Shown: positions 9,081 through 17,830, numbered from the stretch's first letter. The stretch is 62,308 nt of DNA from a virus (IMGVR_UViG_3300049440_000308:1-62308); one strand, 5' to 3'. Numbers and translations: made by a program. Notes: generated from the sequence alone by a model not told the origin.

Positions 9081-9315
9081 GGCCCGCCTCCGCTTCCGGC
9101 GTCTTCGCCACCGACGCCAGGGTGATCCCGTCGATGAACTCGCGGACGCCCCGCTCGCCCCCTACGATTGCCATGCCCATGCCGAGTGTCGTCAGGTCCG
9201 GGTTCAGGGGGATGCCCTGCGCGCTCATGTCCTGGATGACGGAAGCGAGAGCGGACGGCCACGGTTCTGCCGCCGCCCGCTCCTTGCACCAGGCGAGCTT
9301 CTCCTCGTCAGTCAT
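9073..9315 (-). CDS. hypothetical protein
   Basis: ATGA-coupled; begins MTDEEKLAWCKERA. Confidence 0.6.
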   Translation of the reverse strand: MTDEEKLAWCKERAAAEPWPSALASVIQDMSAQGIPLNPDLTTLGMGMAIVGGERGVREFIDGITLASVAKTPEAEAGRG

Positions 9316-9827
9316 GGCGCGATCCCCACTTCCCATTCCTCGTCGCCGATGAACGCCGTGTACTCCGGTGACTCCCCCTGCGCCTCGTAGGAGTACGGGA
9401 CGCCCTTGTAGTCGGTGCTGTTCTTCGTCACCACCGGGCAGCCGGTCAGCGCTCTCACCATCTGGTCGACGGTCCACATCTTGTGATGGTCGCCGTCGAT
9501 CGTGCCGTACTCGCTGGCGATCTCCAGTGCCTTGGTTATCCGACTGTCCGACACGGGCGGGTCCACGGTCCCGGGCGTCTCCGGTTCCTCCTGGGGAACT
9601 CCCGCGCAGGAGGCGTGCACGGCGACTGCCGCGCCCGTCGTCCAGCCTGCGGACTTGCGGCTCTCAGGGTCGATCCCGGCGAAGACCAGGACCGTGACCC
9701 CCTCGCCGAGAGGGCCGTCGCACACGGGGCACGGCTCGTCGTAAAGGGGATGGTCGCGCCGGATGCTCATCCGGCGCCCGGAGGCGAGGACGGGCATCAA
9801 GCCTGCGGGCACCCGGACGGGGATCAC
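9312..9827 (-). CDS. hypothetical protein
   Basis: YGTIDGDHHKMWTVDQMVRALTG and WEVGIAP end, typical of a conserved phage domain. Confidence 0.65.
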   Translation of the reverse strand: MIPVRVPAGLMPVLASGRRMSIRRDHPLYDEPCPVCDGPLGEGVTVLVFAGIDPESRKSAGWTTGAAVAVHASCAGVPQEEPETPGTVDPPVSDSRITKALEIASEYGTIDGDHHKMWTVDQMVRALTGCPVVTKNSTDYKGVPYSYEAQGESPEYTAFIGDEEWEVGIAP

Positions 9828-10195
9828 TCCGCGCGCTCCTTTCCTGTCAGGGCGGTGACGCCAAGGGCGGCGGCGAAGGCATCCGCGACGGCCTGCCGGT
9901 GAGCGTGGCCGAAACCTGACATGCCGTAGGAGTCGCCGGCGAGATCGGCCGCGAACTTAAGGACCGCCCGCTCGGAGGACGAGCAGTTCACCTCAGCCGC
10001 GAACGTGCGGGCGCGGCTCCACTTAACGCAGGTTCCGTTCCGGTCGGTTTGAGTGCAGGCTGACCGGAAGTCGCTGCGGCGGATCCAGTACTCGTGCCAG
10101 ATCAGGAGGCTGGCGGCGGCCTGCCTTGCCGTGTCCCCGCCTGCGTACCATGCCCGGATGTTCCGGGCGGTCGCGTTGAAGTCGAACTCAGGCAT
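9824..10195 (-). CDS. hypothetical protein (paralog of 8718-9080)
   Basis: Visible similarity to 8718-9080. Confidence 0.75.
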   Translation of the reverse strand: MPEFDFNATARNIRAWYAGGDTARQAAASLLIWHEYWIRRSDFRSACTQTDRNGTCVKWSRARTFAAEVNCSSSERAVLKFAADLAGDSYGMSGFGHAHRQAVADAFAAALGVTALTGKERAE

Positions 10196-10469
10196 TGCCG
10201 TTCCCCTCTCCTGTCGTAGTGCCGCCCTCGCCCGGTCCGGCGATGGCCATGAGCGCTTCCTGCAGCTGCCTCAGGTCCCCCAGGTAAGGGCGGGCGGCAA
10301 GCTGAGCGGACAGTTCCCGCCACTGGGGGGCGGCCGGGCTCAGCACGTCCCGGCTCACGAGAAGGGCGACCGCGTCCGAGCAGGCGTCGTCCAGGGCGTC
10401 AAGGACACGGGCGAGGCGGGCGGCGGTCCTTGCCGCCTCAGTACGCCCGGCGGGGGTAACGAAGTCCAT
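10188..10469 (-). CDS. hypothetical protein
   Basis: Coupled ORF with RBS. Confidence 0.55.
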   Translation of the reverse strand: MDFVTPAGRTEAARTAARLARVLDALDDACSDAVALLVSRDVLSPAAPQWRELSAQLAARPYLGDLRQLQEALMAIAGPGEGGTTTGEGNGNA

Positions 10470-10472
10470 CGG

Positions 10473-11174
10473 TCAGCCTTCCGTTCCGGTCGCCGCGGCG
10501 GCGCCTGCGTGCGCGACGTGTGGTTCCCATGCTCCGTCCGGGTGCCGGCAGATCTCCCGGCCACGCTCCGGCTCGTCGGCACGCGCCCAGGCGGAGGTAT
10601 CCCATGCCCACGTAAGGTCCGCATCGCAGTTCAGGCATGTTGCCCTAGGCGCGGGCGGGGCGAGGTGCCACCAGTTCCCGAGGGTGTCCGCTACCGTGTC
10701 GCCAGCCGGGTCGGCGAGCATCGCCGGCCGGTCGACGGTCGCGAGGTGGGCTGGGCCAATCCGGATACGGAACGGCCTCGGGCCGGAGGGGGCGGCTTCA
10801 GTGCCTTCAGGCGGCAGGATGCGCGCCGTGACCTCAAGCCGCGTCCCCTCCGGCCAGTCGGAGGCGAACGCCCGGAACCCGGGGCCGCTGATGCTGTCCG
10901 ACCGGAACGGCCAGCCGGGGGCCTCCCAGATGCGGGGCGTCTCCCAGTTTCGCGCGTCCGGGCGCGCGATCACTGTCATGGCCCCGGCGATTACCTCCCG
11001 CCCGCGGCCGAGCACCTGATCGGGCCAGAGGTGGCGGGGGCACTTCCACGGACTCTCTCGCTGCGACTTGACCGAGGCGGCCTCGTCGGCGCGCGTCCCA
11101 TGTCGGTAGGTGACCGTCTCCCCGCAGCCAGGGCCGGCGCATCGGATCGTCTGGCGGTAGTTACCCCTCGGCAT
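10473..11174 (-). CDS. hypothetical protein
   Basis: Coupled ORF with Cys/His motifs. Confidence 0.55.
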   Translation of the reverse strand: MPRGNYRQTIRCAGPGCGETVTYRHGTRADEAASVKSQRESPWKCPRHLWPDQVLGRGREVIAGAMTVIARPDARNWETPRIWEAPGWPFRSDSISGPGFRAFASDWPEGTRLEVTARILPPEGTEAAPSGPRPFRIRIGPAHLATVDRPAMLADPAGDTVADTLGNWWHLAPPAPRATCLNCDADLTWAWDTSAWARADEPERGREICRHPDGAWEPHVAHAGAAAATGTEG

Positions 11175-11373
11175 TGCCGCTCCCCTGTGCCGCCTCCGTG
11201 ATCAGCGTGAGGTCAGCCGGGTCGGTCGCCTTGGGGTACCTGTCGCCCTCGTAGCGGACGAACACGGCGACGTTGCCGACGCTGGTTATCGCGCCGTTCT
11301 CAGCGAGTGCCCCCGCAGACCTGTAGGCCACAGTCGCGCCGATGTGCGCGCGGGCCTCGTCAAGCGTCATCAT
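11161..11373 (-). CDS. small beta-rich (SH3-like) hypothetical protein
   Basis: MTLDEARAHIG..GAITSVG..VFVRY; paralog of the next gene. Confidence 0.65.
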   Translation of the reverse strand: MMTLDEARAHIGATVAYRSAGALAENGAITSVGNVAVFVRYEGDRYPKATDPADLTLITEAAQGSGNAEG

Positions 11374-11376
11374 CCG

Positions 11377-11571
11377 TCAGTCCTCCGCCCCTGCGCCCTT
11401 CGGCGCGAACCACCGCGGGTGCATCGTCACGATCTCGGTGCTGCCCGCGAAGCGGACGTATAGGGCCCCGTAGTCGCCGACCTTGACCAGCTCGGCTTCC
11501 TCGGCCGGCTTGTCCAGGAACTTGTGGACCAGGGTCTCGCCCACGTGGTCGTAGGCCTCGTCAAGCGTCAT
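11377..11571 (-). CDS. small beta-rich (SH3-like) hypothetical protein
   Basis: MTLDEAYDHVG..LVKVG..LYVRF; GGAGG RBS. Confidence 0.65.
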   Translation of the reverse strand: MTLDEAYDHVGETLVHKFLDKPAEEAELVKVGDYGALYVRFAGSTEIVTMHPRWFAPKGAGAED

Positions 11572-11824
11572 CGTTACCCTCCGTTCCTGCGGCCCGTGCC
11601 GCTTCCGTTTGCCCGCCCGGCTTGTGCAGCGGGCAGAAGTCCCTGTCGCTCCCGCCCCTGAACTTGCTGCGGACATGAGTCCAGCCTTCCTTCGCGGCAC
11701 GCTTGCGGACCTGCGCCCGGGTCTCGCCGGAGGAGGGGCGCAGGCCCCGCTTGCCCTCGAACCACTCGCAGCAGCGAGGGTCGTTGCAGGACAGCTCAAC
11801 CTGGGTCCACTCGAACGCGGTCAC
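11561..11824 (-). CDS. small Zn-finger-like protein
   Basis: CNDPRC...GW...DFCPLH. Confidence 0.6.
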   Translation of the reverse strand: MTAFEWTQVELSCNDPRCCEWFEGKRGLRPSSGETRAQVRKRAAKEGWTHVRSKFRGGSDRDFCPLHKPGGQTEAARAAGTEGNDDA

Positions 11825-11997
11825 GGGGTCACCGCGCGGATGACGGCCTCAGCGAAGCGGTCCCGGGGAATCCCGTTCAGGGAGACCAGGCTGCCGCCGA
11901 CGTGCACGACCAGCCGCCCGCCCTGGCGTCCAACCTCCCAGCGGATACCTGGGGGAACTGTCCCGCTGTCGATCTCGGTGTAACCGTCAATCAGCAC
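11821..11997 (-). CDS. hypothetical protein
   Basis: GGAGG RBS, GTG start, coupled. Confidence 0.45.
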   Translation of the reverse strand: MLIDGYTEIDSGTVPPGIRWEVGRQGGRLVVHVGGSLVSLNGIPRDRFAEAVIRAVTP

Positions 11998-12212
11998 GGG
12001 GCTACCTCCCCGGACGCCCGCCGGTACGGCGGGCAGTCGTAGAGGCTCCGTCCGTGCAGCGCGTGATGCCGCCACCCGGTGTTGCCGATGTCGAGGTCGT
12101 TTGGCGTGAGCGACGATGCGGTATAGCGCTCGCCCGCCTTGATCGGGACGCCGCACTCCCAGGCGCAAGCGTGCTCAGCGCGGGCGGTGCGCTCTTCGTA
12201 GAGGAGCGCCAT
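11991..12212 (-). CDS. small Zn-binding hypothetical protein
   Basis: ARAEHAC..CGVPIKAGERY. Confidence 0.55.
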   Translation of the reverse strand: MALLYEERTARAEHACAWECGVPIKAGERYTASSLTPNDLDIGNTGWRHHALHGRSLYDCPPYRRASGEVAPC

Positions 12213-12598
12213 CAGCCGCTCACCTCCCTGGGGCCGAGCGTGAGCACGGTCACCATCCTGAAGGCGGGAAGGTCCCGCGCGTCCGCCGCGTCCATCCCCG
12301 CGCACTCCCCGCAGAGCAGCCGCATCGTCTCCGTCCGCCAGTGAACCACCAGCAGGCGGGAGGCGGGGGCATGCCAGCAGCGGACGCAGGCAAGAGGCTG
12401 GTCACCGTCGGCCGTGCGGGCGCCGGGGCCGCCGAGCGCCTCCCGCAGTGCCCTCTCCGCCGCCCCCGGTCCCCCGACCGGGTCCAGGCCGAGGCGCTCC
12501 GCGATCCGCTCCGCGTGCACTGCCCCGTCCCGTCCGGAGCGCAGGACCGCGCTGAGCAGCCCCCCGAGGTCCGGGTACGGGTCGTAGCGCTCAGCCAT
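12212..12598 (-). CDS. hypothetical protein
   Basis: Coupled; CxxC...CxxC. Confidence 0.55.
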   Translation of the reverse strand: MAERYDPYPDLGGLLSAVLRSGRDGAVHAERIAERLGLDPVGGPGAAERALREALGGPGARTADGDQPLACVRCWHAPASRLLVVHWRTETMRLLCGECAGMDAADARDLPAFRMVTVLTLGPREVSG

Positions 12599-12875
12599 TG
12601 CCGTCCCCTTCCGGTAGCGTCACGCGGACCGCCGCGATCCTCTGCGACCCGATCCCGGTCACCGTCCAGCCCTGCCCTGACTCCCCGAGCAGCCGCAGCC
12701 ACCGGCAGAGGGCAGCGCGCCGCAGCACGGCTTCCCCGGTACCCGAGGCCCGGTAGGTCACCAGGACCCCGGACGGACCGCAGGCGAGGGAGAAGCCGCT
12801 CTCATGCCGGGCGGCGGGCCGCTCTCCTGCTGCGATCAGGGTCGCGTTCACGTCCTTCACCAGCGCGTCAGTCAT
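12591..12875 (-). CDS. hypothetical protein
   Basis: AGGAG RBS; coupled. Confidence 0.5.
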   Translation of the reverse strand: MTDALVKDVNATLIAAGERPAARHESGFSLACGPSGVLVTYRASGTGEAVLRRAALCRWLRLLGESGQGWTVTGIGSQRIAAVRVTLPEGDGNG

Positions 12876-13126
12876 TGCCGTTCTCCTGTCCCGTTGCCAC
12901 CTGTATCCGCTCAAGGTCCGCCTGCGCCTGCCCTGAGGCAACATAAGCCCGGCAGTCGTCCAGCGTCCCCAGGTAGTCCGCGACGATCACCCGCTCCGGC
13001 AGGTGCGCGACAAGCCATGTCGTCCGGTCGTCATCGGACCGCTCCATCATCCACTTTCCGTCCTCGGTGACCTTGAGCCAGCGGCACCGGGAGGGCTTGA
13101 GCGGGGCGAGGCGCGTGGTCGCAGGG

Positions 13127-13579
13127 CTAGTCAACGTCTGAGCCTTCCCCGTCGACCGGGTCCGCCTCTGAGCTGACGATGACCATGGCCCCCGTGCTTC
13201 TCGCGTGGTAGCCGGCGGCGGCAAGAGCGGCCCTGTAGTCGTCGAGCAGCGCTCGCGGCCCCTCGCCGGGATTGAAGGGGAGCAGGTCCGCCCCGCGAAG
13301 GTCGACGATGATCTCGCTGCCGAACGCGGCCGGGGTGACTGTGAAGCCGGGCTGGCCGTCGTGGTATTCCGCAAAGCCCGCTGCGGCCAGGAATGCCGCC
13401 ACGGCGCCGACGGTGCTTCCCGGGCAGGCCGCCGAGCCGGTCAGCGCGTGGACCCACGCCTCAAGGCGGGAGACGAGCGGGGAACCGCAGCCGTCGCACT
13501 GGTGCCGGGACGGGCCGCCGTTGCCGTAGGTGACGTCCGTGTAATGGCCGCCGGGAAAGTGCTTCCTCATGCCCACCAC
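13127..13579 (-). CDS. hypothetical protein
   Basis: Operon-fitting ORF. Confidence 0.55.
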   Translation of the reverse strand: MVGMRKHFPGGHYTDVTYGNGGPSRHQCDGCGSPLVSRLEAWVHALTGSAACPGSTVGAVAAFLAAAGFAEYHDGQPGFTVTPAAFGSEIIVDLRGADLLPFNPGEGPRALLDDYRAALAAAGYHARSTGAMVIVSSEADPVDGEGSDVD

Positions 13580-13788
13580 TTCCCGGACCGCTCAAGCCGC
13601 CCGCAGACGGCATTCCGAAGCTCGGTCAGGGTGGGCCGCTCAAGGTCGGCCATGGCGTACAGGACGGCGGCCCACTCAAGGCCGATCCGGCAGCAGTAGC
13701 CGACCGTCACGTCAAGGCCCGCCCCCGCGTCCTGCGCGCGGATCACCGTCTCGCCCTTGGCGATGGAGGGGAATGTCAGCACGATCAT
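13567..13788 (-). CDS. hypothetical protein
   Basis: GAGG RBS; coupled. Confidence 0.55.
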   Translation of the reverse strand: MIVLTFPSIAKGETVIRAQDAGAGLDVTVGYCCRIGLEWAAVLYAMADLERPTLTELRNAVCGRLERSGKWWA

Positions 13789-13791
13789 GGT

Positions 13792-14040
13792 TCAGTCCTC
13801 CCTCGTCCCGAGGATGCCGACCGTCTCCCCGATCGCCTCAAGGGCGGCGAGGCGGGAGACGATCTCCTGCGCGTCCGACGCGATGCCCCGCGCATGGTGG
13901 GTCACTGAGGTGACGTTCCCGCCGTCGATCCGGGCCAGCACGTAGCCGATGTACTCCTGGATGCGCTCGGCGTCCTGCCGGATCTTGTCCTCGTGGCGCT
14001 TCCTGAGGTTCCCGAGCGCCCGGGTCTGCCAGTCGTCCAT
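13792..14040 (-). CDS. hypothetical helical protein
   Basis: First gene after the divergent control region; GGAG RBS. Confidence 0.65.
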   Translation of the reverse strand: MDDWQTRALGNLRKRHEDKIRQDAERIQEYIGYVLARIDGGNVTSVTHHARGIASDAQEIVSRLAALEAIGETVGILGTRED

Positions 14041-14055
14041 GACTTCTCCCGCCCT

Positions 14056-14107
14056 AGGTGGCTAGCCACCAGTCTAGCGGGTCGGCTAGACTTTTGGCTA
14101 GCCACCT
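14056..14107. promoter_or_regulatory. compound inverted repeat / probable operator in a divergent promoter region
   Basis: AGGTGGCTAGCCA..AGTCTAGC-gggtcg-GCTAGACT..TGGCTAGCCACCT; the left arm holds the perfect palindrome GGTGGCTAGCCACC. Confidence 0.75.
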
Positions 14108-14122
14108 GCGAAGATCTTTCAC

Positions 14123-14299
14123 ATGCCGAGTAAGCACCGCTACCGGGCCATCACCCCGCGCCCCCCCGAGGACGTGCGGGAGGCTGCCCAGGACGCCGCC
14201 GAACGGCAGGGAACGAACCTGAATGCCGTAGTCGTGGCGTTCCTCCGCTGGTACGGCGGCCTCGCCGAGAGCCACCCCGAACGGCCCGGGCCGCTGTAG
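14123..14299 (+). CDS. ribbon-helix-helix-like regulator (58 aa, absent from the ORF track)
   Basis: Manual translation MPSKHRYRAITPRPPEDVREAAQDAAERQGTNLNAVVVAFLRWYGG...; divergent gene beside the operator. Confidence 0.7.
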   Translation: MPSKHRYRAITPRPPEDVREAAQDAAERQGTNLNAVVVAFLRWYGGLAESHPERPGPL

Positions 14300-14304
14300 C
14301 CCGT

Positions 14305-14568
14305 TCAACCGAGCACCAGCGTCCCGGCCTCGTGCGCCGCCATGACCGTAGCCTCGCGCTGTTCCCTCGCCTGAGCCTTCCGTGCCGCCTCGGCTGCCGC
14401 CCTCGCCGTCCGCTCCGCCCCGGCGGCCGCCCGTGCCTTCCGCTCCGCCCGCCACCGCCGCATGTACGCCGCCCACGCCTTCAGGTCCTGCGGGCACGGG
14501 TCGGTCCCCTCCCGGTAGTGACGCTGAACCGCGCCCGGGGTGCCGCACTCACTTGACCCGTCCGGCAT
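14305..14568 (-). CDS. hypothetical protein (CGT..A.QRH..G..PC Zn-ribbon type)
   Basis: Motif common in actinophage proteins. Confidence 0.6.
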   Translation of the reverse strand: MPDGSSECGTPGAVQRHYREGTDPCPQDLKAWAAYMRRWRAERKARAAAGAERTARAAAEAARKAQAREQREATVMAAHEAGTLVLG

Positions 14569-15173
14569 CAGGCCGCCTCCTGCCACTCCCGCCCTGCGGC
14601 CCTTCTCCGGGCCCTGCACCTGGCGGCGGACTCCCGGTCCCGTAGCCGCCGGCACGTCCGGCAGCGGCGGTGGCCGTCGCGGTCCGCGATGTCATGCGGG
14701 CGCCCGCACCGGCAGTACGACGCCGGCCTGTCCGGGGGCGCGAGCAGGTCTGCCAGTTCCGTGATCTGCGGCACGAGCTCGGCCGCCAGCAGCGTCGCCT
14801 CGTGGGCGTCCCGCCATGACCTCACGGATGAGAGGTAAAGCTCCCAGGTGACCGTCCCGGCCCGGATAGCGGCGAGCAGGTCATCGTCGGACGGGGCGGC
14901 CGGCAGGGGCCCCGCGGTATCCCGCCCCGGCTTCCGCCCCGGGACGTGGACGTCGCACGCCGTGCTGCGCGCCTTCACCTCCGCGATGCCGCCGCGGAAC
15001 GCCCACGAGCACGAGCACAGGGCGCTGCGCCCCCAGGTGATGCCGGGCCACAGTTCCGCCTCCCGGTACGTCGCCTGGCCGGAAGGCCTCGGCAGGCTCA
15101 CCCCCGCCGGGACGCGGGTTCCCCGGGTGGCCATGTGCGCGCTGACCCTGTCGGTACTGCGCAGGGCGGGCAT
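14568..15173 (-). CDS. hypothetical protein with C-terminal C..GH...R.CR.C motif
   Basis: Coupled ORF. Confidence 0.5.
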   Translation of the reverse strand: MPALRSTDRVSAHMATRGTRVPAGVSLPRPSGQATYREAELWPGITWGRSALCSCSWAFRGGIAEVKARSTACDVHVPGRKPGRDTAGPLPAAPSDDDLLAAIRAGTVTWELYLSSVRSWRDAHEATLLAAELVPQITELADLLAPPDRPASYCRCGRPHDIADRDGHRRCRTCRRLRDRESAARCRARRRAAGREWQEAA

Positions 15174-15189
15174 CAGGGCGCCAGCCTGG

Positions 15190-15591
15190 TCACGGAGGGC
15201 CCCACGCTATCCGGTCCCGGTCCGCCTCAGCGAGCTTCCGCGCCGCCTCCGGGTCCTCCCCGGCCTGCAGCGCCCGCACCTCCGACCCGTAATAACGGCG
15301 CATCCCCCCGGGGGTGCAGAACGGCAGCAGCAGCCCCTCGACAGCCCACCGGGCCACCGTCTTCGGGTCAACCCGGAACAGGGCGGCGACCACGCGGGTC
15401 GGCAGCAGCTCGACGTCGCCGCCCCGCAGCAGCGCCCGCACCTCGGCCTCCCGGAACCGCCGGTGCCCGCCGGCGGTGCGAACCGCGGTGAGCTTCCCCG
15501 CCCTCTCCCACTGGGTGACCGTGTTCGGGTGGACGCGGAACAGGACGGCGACCTGCGCCGGGCTCATCAGGCTCTCCGCCTGGCCGCTCAT
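15190..15591 (-). CDS. BldC-like MerR-type DNA-binding protein with two tandem domains
   Basis: LMSPAQVAVLFRVHPNTVTQWERAGKLTAVRTAGGHRRFREAEVRALL followed by LFRVDPKTVARW..TPGGMRRY. Confidence 0.85.
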   Translation of the reverse strand: MSGQAESLMSPAQVAVLFRVHPNTVTQWERAGKLTAVRTAGGHRRFREAEVRALLRGGDVELLPTRVVAALFRVDPKTVARWAVEGLLLPFCTPGGMRRYYGSEVRALQAGEDPEAARKLAEADRDRIAWGPP

Positions 15592-15779
15592 CCGCGCGCC
15601 CCTTCCCGTTCCTGCCCGGCCAGCAGGGCGCGCAGCCGGGCCGCATCAGCCTCCGCCGCGTCCGCCCGGTGCCGTTCCGCGGCCAGGTCCGCCTCCGCCC
15701 GCTCCGCCCGCTCCAGGACGCGAACGACGGACTCCCTCGCCCGCTCCAGCAGCAGGACGGCCTCAGCCTCCGTCGTCAT
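15588..15779 (-). CDS. small coiled-coil protein
   Basis: ERAERAEADLAAER; coupled. Confidence 0.55.
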   Translation of the reverse strand: MTTEAEAVLLLERARESVVRVLERAERAEADLAAERHRADAAEADAARLRALLAGQEREGARG

Positions 15780-16617
15780 GCTCCCGGCCCCCTTCCCTGG
15801 CTGCCATCCCGGCCCGGAACGCGGCGCTGCCGAACTCGCAGGCCTCAGGGAGTGCCTCGACGTCGGGGTACTCCCTGCTGAGCCAGTCCGCGTAGGACGC
15901 CGTGCGCGGCCCGGGTGCGGGCCGCGGCTCCCGCGCGGCGACGGCCGCGTCGACTGCCTCCCGCCACGCTTCCCGTACGCCCTGCGTCTCGGCCCACTCC
16001 CAGGCGTCGCCCGTCCAGTCGCCCGCGTCCGCGCCGCCGTGGTTGCGGCGGACGGCGGAGCTGAATGCCTCGCACGCAGCGCGTGCCTGCCCTGGCGTCG
16101 CGGCGGCGAGCAGCTCGCCGATGAGCATCCGCAACCGCTTGTTCTCCTCGGCCAGCGGTGACGCCGCGGCGACGACGCGCTCGTCCTCGCGGATGACCGG
16201 CTCGATCGCCGCCACGACCGCCTGCGCGACGGCCTGGCGCTCGGACAGCGGCATGAACGTGTCGGGTGCGAGTGCCCTCGTGACCGCGTTGAAGGCGTGC
16301 GCCTCGACGCGGTAGGCGGCACTGGCCGGGTCGACGCCGGCCGCTGGCTCCGGCAACTCGTCCGCCCCGTTCGGCTGCCGTGCGGCGAAGTCCTCGCGTG
16401 TCATGAACGGCTCCAGCGCCGGGCCGAGGATCGTCACGCCCTGGCTGCCGCGGATAGCCGGCTTGGGGGCGTCATGGATCCAGAGCGAGCAGCCGGGCGT
16501 GTGGCACTGCTCGCCCACGCCGTCCAGGCACGGGTCGCAGAGCCGCAACTGGACGAGGTGCACGGGGATCTCCGGATCGCGGGTGACCTCGGTGCCGGGT
16601 GCCTGCCCTGGCGTCAT
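15763..16617 (-). CDS. hypothetical protein
   Basis: ATGA-coupled; LCDPCLDG.G..CHTPGC motif. Confidence 0.6.
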   Translation of the reverse strand: MTPGQAPGTEVTRDPEIPVHLVQLRLCDPCLDGVGEQCHTPGCSLWIHDAPKPAIRGSQGVTILGPALEPFMTREDFAARQPNGADELPEPAAGVDPASAAYRVEAHAFNAVTRALAPDTFMPLSERQAVAQAVVAAIEPVIREDERVVAAASPLAEENKRLRMLIGELLAAATPGQARAACEAFSSAVRRNHGGADAGDWTGDAWEWAETQGVREAWREAVDAAVAAREPRPAPGPRTASYADWLSREYPDVEALPEACEFGSAAFRAGMAAREGGREHDDGG

Positions 16618-16919
16618 GACGGCCTCCCCGTGATCCTGGCGGTGAACGCCGCCCACGCGACCGCGGGGAACGACAGGCGGGTTCCGTCACGGTCGGTCGT
16701 GTCACGGACCAGGACCCCGCCGGGGCGTGACCCGACCTCCGCGCACTGGCCGTTGTTGACACTGGGCGAGGCCTTGCGGTAGTCCCCGCACGCCTCCTCG
16801 CCGACCTCAACGCAGTTCCCGCTGACGTGACTCGCGGAGGACTTCCGCCAGCCCTGGTCTGACACCTCCAGGCAGTTACCGGACTCGGAGAAACTGCTCT
16901 TCCGCCAGCCGCCCATCAC
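16614..16919 (-). CDS. DUF397 domain protein with triplicated N-terminal motif
   Basis: Three copies of (W/Y)RK(S/A)SxS..G(N/Q)CxEV, then VLVRDT..LSF..AWAAF. Confidence 0.88.
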   Translation of the reverse strand: MMGGWRKSSFSESGNCLEVSDQGWRKSSASHVSGNCVEVGEEACGDYRKASPSVNNGQCAEVGSRPGGVLVRDTTDRDGTRLSFPAVAWAAFTARITGRPS

Positions 16920-17134
16920 GCGCTCCGCCCGAAGTCATCGAACTCGCCGTTCCGCACCCCGCCGAGGAACGCCTGCCACTCATCCGGGGTGAACGCGAGC
17001 GTCCCGTCTTCCGGGACGCGCGAGTTGCGCACCCGCACCACACCGATCCCGTCCTGCACCTCGACGCAGTTCCCGTTGGCGAAGCTCAGGGACGACTTGA
17101 CCCACTCGGGCCCTGACTGCTCGGTACCGTTCAT
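16916..17134 (-). CDS. DUF397 domain protein
   Basis: WVKSSLS..GNCVEV..VRVRNS..LAFTPDEWQAFLGGVRNGEFD. Confidence 0.9.
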   Translation of the reverse strand: MNGTEQSGPEWVKSSLSFANGNCVEVQDGIGVVRVRNSRVPEDGTLAFTPDEWQAFLGGVRNGEFDDFGRSA

Positions 17135-17213
17135 GTTCTGCTCCGTTTCGCTTGTTTCGGATTGCTGTCCCGTGCGCGCCCCGCCCGGGGAGGACGGGGA
17201 CGCGCACGGGGGG

Positions 17214-17828
17214 TTACTTCGCGGGGGGCTTCTGCGCGGCGGGGGCGGAGGTGTGCACGGCGGCCGTGGGTGCCCCGGTGACCTTAATCGAATGGGTAGC
17301 GGTGTCCCACTCAGCCGCCCCGGAGACGGTGAACACGTCGCCCTCCCAATAGTCGAGGTACGGCTGGCCGGAGGCGCTCAGGCAGATCACGTAGGTGCCG
17401 CTTGAGGAGACGGGCGTGTAGATGCCGTCCGGGTCCATCTGGCCGGTGGTCACCGCGTTGTAGTTCCCGGTCCCCACGACCTGCTGCGGGTTGGACAGCG
17501 AGGAGCTGTTCGCGACGGGCTCGCCGAGCGACGGGCAGGAGTAAACCGGGTCCTGGTTGCCCATCTGGAAGAAGAAGCTCGTGGTCTGGGTGCCGTTCGC
17601 GCTGATCGTCTCGGCGTCGATGAGGGTCTGCCGGATCTGGCTGTAGTTGTAGTGCGGCAGCGGCTGGGATGCCTCCAGCGCGGCCGTGTCGGCCTGCTGC
17701 TGGCTGTTCTCCTGCGCCTGCCCCCCGCTGCTGCCGGTGCCGCTGCACGCCGAGGCGGTGCACAGCACGGCCACGGTGACTGCGGCGAGCCCTGCGAGGG
17801 AGGCCTTGGATGCCCTGGTGATCTTCAC
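17214..17828 (-). CDS. putative lipoprotein
   Basis: Basic/hydrophobic signal peptide ending TASAC, then a Ser/Gly linker. Confidence 0.7.
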   Translation of the reverse strand: MKITRASKASLAGLAAVTVAVLCTASACSGTGSSGGQAQENSQQQADTAALEASQPLPHYNYSQIRQTLIDAETISANGTQTTSFFFQMGNQDPVYSCPSLGEPVANSSSLSNPQQVVGTGNYNAVTTGQMDPDGIYTPVSSSGTYVICLSASGQPYLDYWEGDVFTVSGAAEWDTATHSIKVTGAPTAAVHTSAPAAQKPPAK

Positions 17829-17830
17829 GG

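Noticed and set aside
16614-16919. Repeated DNA units as a mini-CRISPR
   Set aside because: The repeats are degenerate, in-frame copies of the DUF397 protein motif
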